DNA of 64,000 nt. It comes from Mobula hypostoma. Taxonomy: Eukaryota. The translations under genes and the position numbers were made by a program. Where the stretch lies: the NCBI RefSeq assembly GCF_963921235.1, contig NC_086108.1:32366001-32430000 (forward strand), given 5' to 3'. The notes beneath the pieces are model-generated. The model ran no database searches. It saw nothing but the letters and a program-made list of their open reading frames with translations, and was not told the origin of the DNA. Below are positions 24,987-37,985 of this stretch, piece after piece; position 1 is the first letter of the stretch; each line of letters starts with the position of its first letter.

Positions 24987-25639
24987 GTGAGTAAATCTTT
25001 CTGCAATGCTGTACTCAATGTTGTCATTGCTTCATTGGCTCTTTGTCATTGTGATCCATTTGAATTCAGTAGACCATTGAAAGAATATTCTGTTGACATA
25101 CAAGTAGATCACATTTGTATCATGAAAGTCAATAGATGTTAGTATTTTGAGCTCACTATTTCAAAGAGGAATATGTAGAATCCTTTAAAAGCAGTATGTT
25201 GAATGAATGATCGATGTTTTTTCCTTTGAAGATTCTCTGAAGTCAAACTGTTTTTGTATTAATCAAAGGTTTTTCATAACATCTGAGCTTTTCATTCTGT
25301 CTGTTAACTCCTAAAGCATGGCTAGTGTTTTAATTGAATCCATGTGAGGTTATCAATATTTTAATTAACACATTTCAGAACAGCTATCATTCCATGACAT
25401 CATATATAAAAGTCCATCTTAAATGTCAATGTTGGGCTATGTGGAATGGACTTGGATGTAGAGGCCATAAGTTCAAATGACCAGTGCAGATAGATTTTAA
25501 TTGAATTACTCACATGAACAGGGATGTGATCTTAAATGTTAAATGAACTGGAATATCATTTTGTGAATGAATAATGTTTTTATTACTGGATTGCTATGCT
25601 CCCTAATTGCTGTGGTTGTTGAATAATTAAATATCATTC

Positions 25640-28600
25640 TGGCGTCCCAGTCTGGCGGGAGCAGAGCACAGCGAGGAGGTTTCTTGTATGTCGGTGACGC
25701 TTGTTGAAGAAGAGGGTTTCACGGGCGTTCAGGCTCATTCCGGCGGTCCAGTCAGCATTGGGAGCAAAGCACAGCAAATTAAATTACAGAAGGGACAAGC
25801 AGGGGAAGCCATTGTTGGGAGTGAGCCAGTGGTAAGAATAGAAGTGTCAGACTTTGTCTGAAAGAAAGCTTCTGCTTGGAGGAGGCATTAGCTCTGGGTA
25901 AGTTTCTGTTAAGGTTTCCTTGTTGCCTCCCAGGTGCCAGGGTCAGGGACATCTCAGATCGTGTCCACTGCATTTTGGAGAGGAAGGGAGAGCAGCCAGA
26001 TGTCTTGGTACATATTGGTACCAAGGACAGGAAGGAAAAGCAATGAGGTCCTGAAGAGAATTTGGAGAGCTAGGTAGAAAGCTGAGAAGCAGGACCTACA
26101 GGGTAGTAATTTCTGGATTGCTCCCTGTGCCACGTGCCAGTGAGGGTAGAAACAGGATGATTTGGCAGATAAATGAGTGGCTGAAAAGTGGTACAGAGGG
26201 CAAAGTTTCAGGTTTTTGGATCATTGGGCTATCTTCTGGGGGAGGTATGACCTGTACAAAAGTGATGGCTTGCACCTGAACCCGTGGACACCTATTCTAG
26301 TGAGCAGGTTTGTTAAAACTGTTGGGGAGGGTTTAAACGAGTTTGCTGGTTTGGGGGGGGGGGTGAGAACTAGAGTGAAGGGACTCAGTTTGGGACAGAT
26401 GGTTTTTTAATAAAAAAAACAGCGTACAGTCAGACTGTCAGGAAGGGCAGGCAGATGATAGGACAAAATTGCAGCCAGCAGGGTGAGAATCAGTGCTAAA
26501 GGGATGCAGAATCAAAAAGGGTAGTAAATACAGTACCCGGTGTTATAGCTTAATGCATGGAGTGTAAGAAATAAGGTGAATGATCTTGTTGCACTATTAC
26601 AGATTTCAAATATGATGCTATGGCCATCACTGAATCATGGCTGAAGTATGATTGTAGTTGGGAGCTGAATGTCTAAGGTTACATGTTGTTTTGATGGGAT
26701 AGGAAGGTAGCCAGAGGCGGTGGCATGCTCTACTGGTAAAGAATGGCATCAAATCAGTAAAAAGATGTGACATAAGATTGAAAGATGTTGAATCCTTGTG
26801 GGTTGAGTTAAGAAACTGCAAAGCTAAAAAGACCTTGATGGCCGTGATATACAGGCCTCCCAACAGTAGCTGGGATGTGGACCATAGATTACAAATGGGA
26901 AATAGAAAAGGCATGTCAAAAGGGCAATGTTAAGATCATCATAGAAGATTTCAACATTCAGATTGATTGGGGAAAATCAAGTTGATAATGGATCTTGAGA
27001 GAGTTTGTAATTGCCTACGAGATGGCTTTTTAGAGCAGTTTGTTGAGCCTACTAGGAATCAGCTATCTCTATTGGGTGTTACGTAATGAACCAGTGGGAT
27101 TAGGGACCTTAAGGTAAAAGAACCCTTAGGAGGCAGTGATCACAATATGATAGAATTCAACTTCATATTTGATGGGGAGAAAGTGAAGTCTGACAAAGCA
27201 GTATTTCAGTGGGGTAAAGGAAATTACGGCGGTATGAAAAAGGAAAAAGTTCTATTCAAAAGGTTGAAAGGAACGTCTAAACAAGCCTGATGCATTTTGG
27301 AAATAAGTCCTGTGGACTGATGAAATTAAAATAGAACTTTCTGGCCGCAATGAGCAAAGGTACGTTTGGAGAAAAAAGGGTGCAGAATTTCATGAAAAGA
27401 ACCCCTCTCCAACTGTTAAGCACAGGGGTGGATCAATCATGCTTTGTGCTTGTGCTGCAGCCAGTGGCACGGGGAACATTTACTGGTAGGGGGAAGAATG
27501 AATTCAATTAAATACCAGCAAATTCTGGAAGCAAACATCATCACACCGTCTGTTTTTTTAAAAAAAATAGAAGCCAAAGATGAAAAGAGGATGGCTTCTA
27601 CAACAGGATGATGTTTCTGAACACCTCAAAATCCACAGTGGACTACCTCAAGAGGCGCAAGCTGTAGGTTTTGCCATGGCCCTCACAGTCACCTGACCTA
27701 AATATCATCGAGAATCTGTGGATAGACCTCAAAAGAGCAGTGCATGCAAGACGGCCCAAAAATCTCACAGAACTAGAAGCCTCTTGCAAGGAAGAATGGG
27801 CGAAAATCCCCCAAACAAGAATTGACAGACACTTAACTGGCTACAGAAAGCGCTTACAAGCTGTGATACTTGCCAAAGGGGGTGTTACTAAGTACCGACC
27901 ATGCAGGGTGCCCAAACTTTTGCTTCTGGCCCTTTTCCTTCTTTGTTATTTTGAAACTGTAAAAGATAGAAATAAAAAAGTAATCTTGCTTAAAATAATA
28001 AAGAAATGTGTCATCTTTAACTTTATGCCTTTTGGAAATAGTTCATCTTGTACTCGCTTAGCTATTCACGGTAACAGAAATTTTTACCAGGGGTGCCCAA
28101 ACTTTTGCATGCCACTTTAAGTCACCTGGACAAAATGAACTGCGCCCTAGGGCCCTGAAAGAGGTAGTGGTAGAGATGAGGGAGGCATTTGTAATGATCT
28201 TTCAAGGATCATTGGACTCTGGCATGGTTTTGGAGGACTGGAAAATTGCAAATATCACTTCACTCTTTAAGAAAAGTGGAAGGCAGCAGGGAGAAAATTT
28301 ATAGGCCAGTTAGCCTGACCTCAGTGGTTGGGAAGATGTTGGAGTCAGTGGTTAAATATGAGTACTTGGTGACACAGGACGTGTTGGAACAAAGCATGGT
28401 TTCCTTCAGGGAAAATCTTGTCTGACAAACTTGTTGGAATTCTTTGAAGAGATTTCAAATAGGATAGATAAAGGGGACACAGTGGATGTTGTATATTTGG
28501 ACATTCAGAAGGCCTTTGACAAGGTGCCACACATGAGGCTGCTTACCAAGTTAAGAACCCATGGTATTACAGAAAGTTACTTACATGGTTAGAGCATTGG

Positions 28601-29650
28601 CTGATTGGTAGGAGGCAGCAAGTGGGAATAAAAGGATCCTTTTCTGGTTGGCTGCCAGTGACTAGTGGTGTTCCGCAGGGGTTGGTGTTGGGACCACTTC
28701 TTTTTGTGCTGTATATCAATGATTTAGATGATGGAATAGATGGCTTTGTTGCCAAGTTTGCAGATGATATGAAGATTGGTGGAGGGGCAGGTAGTGTGGA
28801 GGAAACAGGTAGGATGCAGAAAGACTTCGACAGATTAGGAGAATGGGCAGGAAAGTGGCAAATGAAATACAATGTTGGAAAATGAATGGTCATGCACTTT
28901 GGTAGTAGAAATAAATGTACAGACTATTTTCTAAATGGGGAGAAAATCCAAAAGTCTGAAATGCAAAGGGATTTGGGAGTCCTTGTGCAGAACACCCTAA
29001 AGGTTAACTTGCAGATAGAGTTGGTGAGGTCGGCAAATGTGATGTTCGCATTCATTTCAAGAGGTCTTGAATACAGAGCAGGATGTGATGCTGAGGCCTC
29101 ACCTTGAGTATTGTGAACATTTTTGGGCTCCTCATGAGAGAAAAGATGTGTTGGCATTGGAGAGGGCTCAGGAAGTTCACAAGGATGATTCTGGGAATGA
29201 AAGGGTTATCATATGAGGAACATTTGGCTCTGGATCTGTACTCGCTGGAATTTAGAAGGATGGGGGGGATCTCATTGAAACCTTTCAAATGTTGAAAGAC
29301 CCAGACAGAGTAGATGTGGAAAGGCTGTTTGCCATGGTGGAGTAATCTAGGACAAGAGGGCACAGCCTAGGATAGAGGGGCGTCCATTTAAAACATGTAG
29401 AAAAATTTCTTTATCTAAAGGGTGGTGAATTTGTGGAATTTGTTACCATAGGCAGCTGTTGAGGCCAGGTCATTGGGTGTATTTAAGACAGAGATTGATA
29501 GGTTCTTGATTGGACACAACATCAAAGTTTCAGGGAGAAGGCCGAGGAGTGGGGCTGAGGAGGGGGGAGAAAGGATGAGCCATGATTAAATGGTGGAGTA
29601 GTCAATAGGCCATATGATCTAATTCTGCTCCTATGACTTGTGGTCTTGTG
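25640..29650 (+). mobile_element. CR1 LINE (SGNH ORF1 remnant + APE/RT ORF2), degenerate, interrupted by Tc1
   Basis: ORF1 remnant FLDHW...LYKSDGLHLN (26177). APE remnant at ~26540-27240. RT VTSGVPQGLVLGPLLFVLYINDLD...KFADD (28622). CR1 3' end TCTGCTCCTATGACTTGTGGTCTTG. Confidence 0.9.
27244..28117 (+). mobile_element. Second copy of the non-autonomous Tc1 derivative, nested in CR1
   Basis: Collinear with 3329-4185. [22 protein letters not shown] (ORF 27671). IR/DR end GGGTGCCCAAACTTTTGCATGCCACT followed by TA. Confidence 0.92.
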
Positions 29651-29694
29651 TGTTGAACTCTTGAGTAGATTACTTTATGGGAATTATAATGGGG

Positions 29695-32600
29695 TAGTAT
29701 GACAATAGGTGCAGGAGTAGGCCATTCAGCCCTTTGAGCCAGCACCGCCATTCACTGTGATCATGGCTGATCATGCACAATCAGTATCCAGTTCCTGCCT
29801 TATCCCCACAACCTTTGATTCTGCTATCTTTAAGAGCTCTATCCATCTCTTTCTTGAAAGCATCCAGAGACTTGGCTTCCACAGCCTTCTGGGGCAGAGC
29901 ATTCCATACATCCACCACTCTCTGGGTGAAAACATTTATCCTCAATTCTGTTCTAAATGGCCTACCCCTTATTCTTAAACTGTAGCCTCTGGTTCTGGAC
30001 TCGCCCATCAGTGGGAACATGCTTCCTGCCTCCAGCATGTCCAATCCCTTAATAATCTTATACGTTTCAATAAGATCCCCTCTCAGCCTTCTAAGATCCC
30101 CTCTCAGCCTTCTAAATTCCAGAGTATACAAGCCCAGTCACTCCAATCTTTCAACATATGACAGTCCTGCCATCCCGGGAATTAACCTTGTGAACCTACG
30201 CTGCACTCCCTCAATAGCAAGAATGTCCTTCCTGAAATTTGGAAACCAAAACTGCACACAGTACTCTAGGTGTGGTCTCACCAGGGCCCTGTACAGCTGC
30301 AGAAGGACCTCTTTGCTCTTATACTCAATTCCCCTTGTTATGAAGGCCAGCATGCCATTAGCTTTCTTCACAGCCTGCTGTACCTGCATGCTTGCTTTCA
30401 GTGACTGATGTACAAGAACACCTAGATCTCGTTGTACTTCCCCTTTTCCTAACTTGACTCCATTTAGATAATAATCTGCCTTCCTGTTCTTACCACCAAA
30501 GTGGATAACCTCACATTTATCCACATTAAACTGCATATGCCCACTCACCCAACCTGTCCAAGTCACCCTGCATTCTCATAACATCCTCCTCACATTTCAC
30601 ACTGCCACCCAGCTTTGTGTCATCGGCAAATTTGCTAATGTTACTTTTAATTTCCTCATCTAAATCATTAATATATATTGTAAACCCTGCAGTACCCCAC
30701 TGGTCACCGCCTGCCATCCCGAAAGGGACCCGTTAATTGCTACTCTTTGTTTTCTGTCAGCCAGCCAATGTTCAATCCATGTCAGTACTCTTCCCCCAAT
30801 ACCATGTGCCCTAATTTTGCCCACTGATCTCCGATGTGGAACTTTATCAAAGGCTTTCTGAAATTCCAGGTACACTATATCCACTGGCTCTCTCGTGTCC
30901 ATTTTCATAGTTACATTCTCAAAAAATCCCAGAAGATTAGTCAAGCACGATTTCCCCTTCGTAAATCCATGCTGACTTGGACCGATCCTGTTACTGCTAT
31001 CCAGATGTGTCGTAATTTCATCTTTTATAATTGACTCCAGCATCTTTCCCACCACCGACGTCAGGCTAACCAGTCTATAATTCCCTGTTTTCTCTTTTCC
31101 TCCCTTCTTGAAGAGAGGGACAACATTAACCACCCTCCAATCCACAGGAACTGATCCTGAATCTATAGAACATTGGAAAATGATTACCAATGCGTCCACG
31201 ATTTCTAAAGCCACCTCCTTAAGTACCCTGGGATGCAGACCATCAGGTCCCGGGGACTTATCAGCCTTCAGACCCAACAGTCTATCCAACACCATTTCCT
31301 GCCTAATATAAATTTCCTTCAGTTCATCCATTACCCTAGGTCCTTTGGCCACTATTATATCTGGGAGATTGTTTGTGTCTTCCCTAGTGAAGACAGATCC
31401 AAAGTGCTTGTTCAACTCGTCTGCTATTTCCTTGTTCCCCATAATAAATTCACCTGTTTCTGGCTTCAAGGGCCCAATTTTGGTCTTAACTATTTTTTTC
31501 CTTTTCACATACCTAAAGAAGCTTTTACTATCCTCCTTTATATTCTTGGCTAGTTTACCTTCGTACCTCATTTTTTTTCTCTGCATATTGCCTTTTTAGT
31601 TACCTTCTGTTGCTCTTTAAAAGTTTCCCAATCCTCTGGCTTCCCACTCGTCTTTGCTATGTTATACTACTTCTCTTTTATTTTTATACTGTCCATTACT
31701 TCCCTTGTCAGCCACGGCCTCCCCTTACTCCCCTTAGGATCTTTCTTCCTCTTTGGAACAAACTGATCCTGCACCTTCCGCATTATTCCCAGAAACACTT
31801 GCCATGCTGTTCCACTGTCATTCCTGCTAGGGTATTGTTCCATTGAACTTTGGCCAGTTCCTCCCTCATAGCACCATAGTTCTCTTTGTTCAACTGTGAT
31901 ACTCACACTTCCGATCTTCCCTTCTCCCTCTCAAATTGTAGATTAAAACTTATCATATTATGATCACTACCTCCTAATGGCTCCTTTACCTCGAGGTCCT
32001 TGATCAAATCCGGTTCATGGCACAACACTAAATCTAGAATTGCGTTCTGTCTGGTAGGCTCCAGTACAAGCTGTTCTAAGAATCCACCTTTCTTGGGGTC
32101 CAGTACCAACCTGATTCCTCCAGTCTACCTGCATGTTGAAATCCCCCATAACAACTGTAGCATTACCTTTGCGACCTGCCAATTTTAACTCTCAATTCAA
32201 CTTGCACCCTACATCCAGACTACTGTTTGGGGGCCTGTAGATAGCTTCCATTAGGGTCTTTCTACCCTTAGAATTTCTCAGTTCTATCCATACTGACTCT
32301 ACGCCTCCTGATTCTATGTCCCCCTCCCCCCTCACAAGGGACTGAATATCATTCCTCACCAACAGAGCCACCCCACTCCCTCTGCCCATCAGTCTGTCCT
32401 TTCGATAGGACGTATAACCTTGAATATTCATTTCCCAGGCCCTGTCCACTTGAAGCCATGTCTCTGTTATTCCCACAACATCATACTTGCCAGTTTCCAA
32501 CTGTGCTTCAAGCCCATCTACTTTATTTCTTGTACTTCGTGCATTCATATACAATACTTTTAATTTATTACTCCCCTCACCTCCCATATCAATTCCTATA

Positions 32601-33280
32601 TCACTTGGCCACACTGTACGATCCCTTCTTGAGCTTTCTGCTCTGTTGATTCTGCTGTCATTCTTAACTTTTCTTATTCTCACTTTCCCTTTATCTCCAT
32701 CCTTATGTTTCCAGTTCGTCCCCTCCCCCCCCACTACTTAGTTTAAACACACCCATGTTGCAGAGGCAAACCTGCCTGCCAGAATGCTGGTGCCCCGCTT
32801 ATTAAGGTGCAATCCGTCCCTTTTGTACAATTCATCCTTACCCCGAAACATATCCCAGTGGTCCAAGAATGTAAATCCTTGCTTCCTGCACCAGTTCCTC
32901 AGCCACACATTCAGATCCATTATCTCCCTGTTCTTGCCCACTCCAGCATGGGGAACTGGAAGCAAACGGGAGATAACCACCCTGGAAGTCCTGCTTTTCA
33001 GCCTTCTTCCGAGTTCTCTGAAGTCGCGCTGTAGAATGTCTTTCCTCTTCTTCCCCACGTCATTTGTGCTGACATGCACCACCACTTCCGGATGTTCACC
33101 TTCACTCTCGAGGATTCCCTGCAATCGGTCCGTGACAGCCTGGATCCCGGCACCAGGGAGGCAACACACTATCCTTAAATCTCGCCTGTTGCCACAGAAA
33201 CCCCTTTCTGTACCTCTCAGAATGGAGTCCCCTACTACCACGGCTCTGCCTGACGTCTGTCTCCTTGGCTTTGCTTCAAG
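29695..33280 (-). mobile_element. CR1 LINE, 5'-truncated within ORF1, moderately decayed
   Basis: ORF1 SGNH esterase 32738-33241 (VVGDSILRG...DGLHLN). APE 32192-32734 (YMNARS, GITETW, IYRPP). RT 30660-31586 (KSPGPDGLHPRVLKE, FQKAFDKVPH), 30526 (KFADD) and 30138 (RPHLEYCVQFW). In-frame 21-bp tandem duplication at 30071-30112. Confidence 0.95.
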
Positions 33281-33640
33281 GCCAATTGTTGACTGTACAG
33301 TACATAATCTAAATACAATAATCTGAAGCCAGTTTATGATGAGCTAACCACAAGCCCAATTACTTAAAGTATCCTGTAGCATGCAGTAAACTGTCTTCAT
33401 AGGAATGATAGACATATGAAATTGTATCACAAGTAATGTTCAACCTGAGAGTGAGGTGAAGGGGTGGCAGGAGTGCAGGAAACTGCTGATAGATAAATGT
33501 TTAATTATGTGAATTAGTCTCTTTGGTCCTCTACTTTAAGATCGGTTTGAGAAACACAACTTCTATATGAATTATGCCAACAGGGTCTACCATCTGCAAA
33601 TGCAGACACAGCTGGAGGGCAAAAAAAAATACTTCTCGAG

Positions 33641-33721
33641 CAGGAGTTCTCAATTTTTTTTTATACCATGGGCCAATACCATTAAGGAAGGGGTCCATGG
33701 ACCCCAGGTTGGAAACCCCTG
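33641..33721 (-). mobile_element. Short hAT-type MITE (same family as 43217-43308)
   Basis: CAGGAGTTCTCAA...GGTTGGAAACCCCTG with imperfect 8-bp flanks TTCTCGAG / TTCCAGAG. Confidence 0.75.
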
Positions 33722-34204
33722 TTCCAGAGGAACGTAGCAATATGGGTAGCATCCATGGAGGGAAATAGACAGTCAACATTTCAGGCCAAGAGCCTTCACC
33801 TAGGCCAGGTGAAGGATCTTGGTCTGAAAGAACATTCACTCCTAATTTCTCTCTAAAGATGCTGCATAACCTGCTGAGTTGCTCCAGAAATTGTTTTATT
33901 TTTATATTTATTTTGCTACTGTTTCCAGCGTTTGTAAACTCTTGTCTTGATTTTACAATATAGACACAGCTGGTCTGTATTTGAATAGCTTCATACATCT
34001 TGTCAGCACCCTTAATTTACTTGACTTGAAAACATATCCCTGATTGGATTCAGTAATAAAATTCCTTCATCTGGAAGGAAAAATTACTTGGCTAGATGGG
34101 AATACTGTATAGTGTTGAGTTGATAATCAGATCAGCTATGATCTACTGTGTAGCAGAACAGGCTCAAGAACGCGGTATGTTCACTGGTTTGAATTGAGTT
34201 GTTC

Positions 34205-34723
34205 ATGTGCCTAATAAAGTGGCAACTGAGTTTTTCTATGTTGGTGGTTTTCTGCTGTTGTAGCCTATCCAGTTCATGGTTCGACAAGTTGTGTGTTCAG
34301 ACATGCTCTTCCTCACACCACTATAACTCATTACTTGTGTTACTGTTACCTTCCTGTCAGCTTGAACATCTGGTCATTCTCCTCTGATCTTTCTCCTTAA
34401 CAAGGTGTTTTCGCCCACAGCTGCCACTCACTGAATGTTTTGTTTCTCACGCCATTCTCTGTAAACTCTAGAGACTGTGTGTGAATATCCCAAGATATCA
34501 GTAGTTTGAGATGCTCAAATCATCCTGTCTGGCACCAACAGTCATTCCATGGTCAAAGCCACTTGGATCACATTTCTTGCCCTTTCTGATGTTTGGTTTG
34601 AATAACAACTGAACCACATGGCCATATCTGCAAGCATTTATACATAATTGCTGTCTCATAATGGGTCGATTTAGATATTTGCATTAACAGGCAAGTGTAC
34701 CTGATAATGTGGTCATTGAGTGT
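34205..34723. mobile_element. Tc1-type MITE, degenerate
   Basis: Related end motifs CCTAATAAAGTGGCAACTGAG (~34210) and ACCTGATAATGTGGTCATTGAGTG followed by TA (~34700-34725). Left boundary uncertain. Confidence 0.5.
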
Positions 34724-35532
34724 AGATGCATTGTCTTTTTTAAAGGACAGGTTTCACCTTTTTATCTCAAGGCAGTATGATCTGTGACATAATTAATCTT
34801 GAAGTACATTTTTGGTAGCTTCAGAGTTTTCCACCATTCAGGATTATAGTATAAAATTGTCTACATTGTACTGAGATATTACAATGAATGCAATTGATTC
34901 GTGATATAAGGTTTGTGTGATTGTACCATTATGCAGTATCATGAATTTCTCATTGTTGCATTGAGCATAATACAGGGAAAATATTGTCATGTTCCATAAT
35001 ATCAGTTTTCTCATTCAAAAAAACGTCATTGGAAAATAGAAAGGAGCAATTTCTCCCCAAGCCTGATGTAAATAGTTTTCAGCTCATGGTAAAGTCCTTA
35101 GTACAAATGGAATCAAAAGATCACTGGATGAACTGCATCTTCAACAAATTATCTTTGATCCCTGTGTTATTACAATTACTGGGCTTGTACTCAGTCACTC
35201 TGTGTCCCTGAATGTTCTGTTGTTTCCCAAATTTGTCCCGCCTTTGTGTCATTTGAGACAAGTGCTTATACCAACCCTTTCCAATTTCTCTGAGTGTGGC
35301 TTCATCTTTATAGTAGAGGAGGCCGTGGATAGACATGTCAGAATGGGATGAGGAATTAAAATGTGTGGCCACTGGGAGATCCTGCTTTCTCTGGTGGACA
35401 GAGCGTAGGTGTTCTACACAACACTCAGGGTGGAGGAACAACACCTTATATTCCGTCTGGGTAGCCTCCATGAACATTGATCAAAGTTGCTGGTGAATGC
35501 AGCAGGCCAGGCAGCATCTCTAGGAAGAGGTA

Positions 35533-35570
35533 CAGTCGACGTTTCAGGCCGAGACCCTTCGTCAGGACTA
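35533..35570 (-). ncRNA. Minimal type I hammerhead ribozyme motif (best-preserved copy)
   Basis: TAGTC-CTGACGA-AGG GTCTCGG CCT-GAAA-CG-TC-GACTG. Stem I TAGTC/GACTG, stem II AGG/CCT, palindromic ACGT in place of stem III, GUC triplet. Confidence 0.7.
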
Positions 35571-35940
35571 ACTGAAGGAAGATTTAGTAAGAGATTTGTG
35601 AGGGGGAGATCCAAAACGATAGGAGAAGACAGGAGGGGGAGGGATGGAGCCAAGAGCTGGACAGGTGATTGGCAAAGGGGATATGAGAGGATCATGGGAC
35701 AGGAGGTCCGGGGAGAAAGACAGGGGGGGGGGAACCCAGAGGATGGGCAAAGGGTATAGTCAGAGGGACAGAGGGAGAAAAAGGAGAGTGAGAGAAAGAA
35801 TGTGTGTATAAAAATAAATAACAGATGGGGTACGGGGGGAGGTGGGGCATTATATCCCTCCCCCTCCTGTCTTCTCCTATCATTTTGGATCTCCCCCTCC
35901 CCCTCCCACTTTCAAATCTCTTACTAACTCTGCCATCAGT

Positions 35941-35978
35941 TAGTCCTGACGAAGGGTCTCGGCTTGAAATGTCGACTG
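35941..35978 (+). ncRNA. Hammerhead ribozyme motif, variant
   Basis: TAGTC-CTGACGA-AGGGTCTCGGCTT-GAAA-TG-TC-GACTG. Core intact; the ACGT palindrome is changed to ATGT. Confidence 0.55.
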
Positions 35979-37058
35979 TACCTCTTCCTAGAGATGCTGC
36001 CTGGCCTGCTGCATTCACCAGCAACTTTGATGTGTGTTGCTTGAATTTCCAGCATCTGCAGAATCCCTGTTGTTGGCATAAACATTGACTTCTCTAACTT
36101 CCGCTAATGCCCCACCTCCCCCTCGTACCCCAGCCATTATTTATTTATTTATATACACACATTCTTTTTCTCCCTCTGTCCCTCTCACTATACCCCTTGC
36201 CCATCCTCTGGGTTTCCCCCCCCCCCCTTGTCTTTCTCCCCGGACCTCCTGTCCCATGATCCTCTCATATCCCCTTTGCCAATCACCTGTCCAGCTCTTG
36301 GCTCCATCGCTCCCCCTCCTGTCTTCTCCTATCATTTCGGATCTCCCCCTCCCCCTCCCACTTTCAAATCTCTTACTACTCTTCCTTCAGTTAGTCCTAA
36401 TGAAGGGTCTCTGCCTGAAACGTCGACTGTGCCTCTTCCTAGAGATGCTGCCTAGCCTGCTGCGTTCACCAGCAACTTTGATGTGTGTTGCTTGAATTTC
36501 CAGCATCTGCAGAATTCCTCTTATTTGCATGTGTACTACTTGATTTGGTAGGATATCAAATTTCTCAAGCATCCTTAGAGCTGCTTAAATGCATGCTAGA
36601 CAAGGATATTCTACCTCATTCCTGATCTGTACCTTGTAGATGTTAGATAACTCTAGGGTGCCAGATAACTCACTTGCTAGAGATTACCCAACTTCTGACT
36701 TGCTTTTATAGATGAGAATATTAGGATAAAATAATGCTGTTTTAGTCAGTAGTTGTTTAGCCCAAATAATTTAACAATGCTAACATTAAAGGTGGTTAGA
36801 ATATCTCTAGTTGAAGATGGCCACTGTCTGGCTGCTCATTACCCCATGCCTAAATGCTGAAGCCAGATATGAATTGCCTCATAATCTGCCTCATTATCTG
36901 AGGATTGATCCACCTAAACATCTCAATGTAAATGCAACATTTTAGGTGACTGTGCCTTCAGAGGAGAAAGCTAAAAGAATTGAAATTTGTATCCTAAAAT
37001 CTCCTGTCTTCCCATTACTCCTTCCTTTTTATATGCACCTTAAAGCATGTCCCTTTTT

Positions 37059-37985
37059 CTTTTCTTTTTAAATCTTTTTATTGAGTAAGTATACAAAAAA
37101 GGTAAGCCATATAAACATTAATACAATGTTAAAGTACAATAAAATTCCAAAAGATAACAATACCAAAAAGAAAATACTACAAACAATGTAATTTAAGCAT
37201 AAGAAACCAAGATAACATAATAGTATACTAGATTTTATATATATCAATGGAAAAAAAAAAGAAAAAAAAAACCCCCAAAAAAAAACCCACCGTGCAACTA
37301 CCTAAAAGCAAAGCAAAGCAATGGGCTAACTTGAAACCAAACAGAGTTAAACTTAAAATCACGTCCTCAATCCCGACCTCCATTAAAACAGTGAAAAAAA
37401 AACAAGAAGGGTAAATATTACATTAAATGAAAATATCGAATAAAAGGTCCCCAAATCTGTTCAAATTTAAATGAAGAATCATAAAGGTTACTTCTAATTT
37501 TCTCCAGATTCAAACATAAAATCGTCTGAGAAAACCAAAAAAAGGTAGTTGGAGCATTAAGCTCTTTCCAATGTTGTAAAATACATCTTTTCGCCATTAA
37601 AGTAAGAAATGCAATCATTCTACGGGCTGAAGGGGAAAGATTACTAGAAATTTTAGGTAGTCCAAAGATAGCAGTAATAGGGTGAGGAGAGATATCTATA
37701 TTTAATACCTTAGAAATAATATTGAAAATATCTCTCCAAAAAGTTTCCAAAGTAGGGCAAGACCAAAACATATGAGTTAAAGAGGCTATCTGCCCCGAAC
37801 ATCTATCACAGAAAGGATTAATATGCGAGTAAAAACGCGCTAACTTATCTTTGGACATATGTGCTCTATGAACCACTTTAAATTGAATTAGGGAATGTTT
37901 AGCACAAATAGAGGAAGTATTAACTAATTGTAAAATCTGCCCCCAATCATCCACAGAAATGGTAAGCCCCAATTCCAAAAAAAGA
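37059..37985 (-). mobile_element. 5'-truncated L1-clade LINE, apparently young
   Basis: Uninterrupted ORF 37418-37978 with the L1 C-terminal CCHC motif (CDRC...SLTHMFWSC). T-rich 3' UTR. Perfect 17-bp TSD AAAGCATGTCCCTTTTT at 37042-37058 and 37986-38002. Confidence 0.93.

Larger units (their letters stand above)
35290..36520. mobile_element. Penelope-like element 3' region (GIY-YIG C-terminus + pLTR) with a second Penelope-like insertion nested inside
   Basis: EHLRSVHQRKQDLPVATHFNS...DEATLR on minus (35290-35414) continues as LRVEEQHLIFRLGSL on plus (35420-35470). Three pLTR copies at 35481-35851(-), 35853-36075(+) and 36081-36520(+). AACATTGA is duplicated at 35473-35480 and 36081-36088. 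Confidence 0.88.

Noticed and set aside
24987..25142. C-terminal part of the 73-aa ORF 24921-25142
   Set aside because: It is read-through into the intron past the GTGAGT donor; VAMP4 similarity stops at SER.
32738..33241. Host SGNH/GDSL esterase gene
   Set aside because: It is CR1 ORF1, directly upstream of APE-RT ORF2 and repeated in the other CR1 copy.
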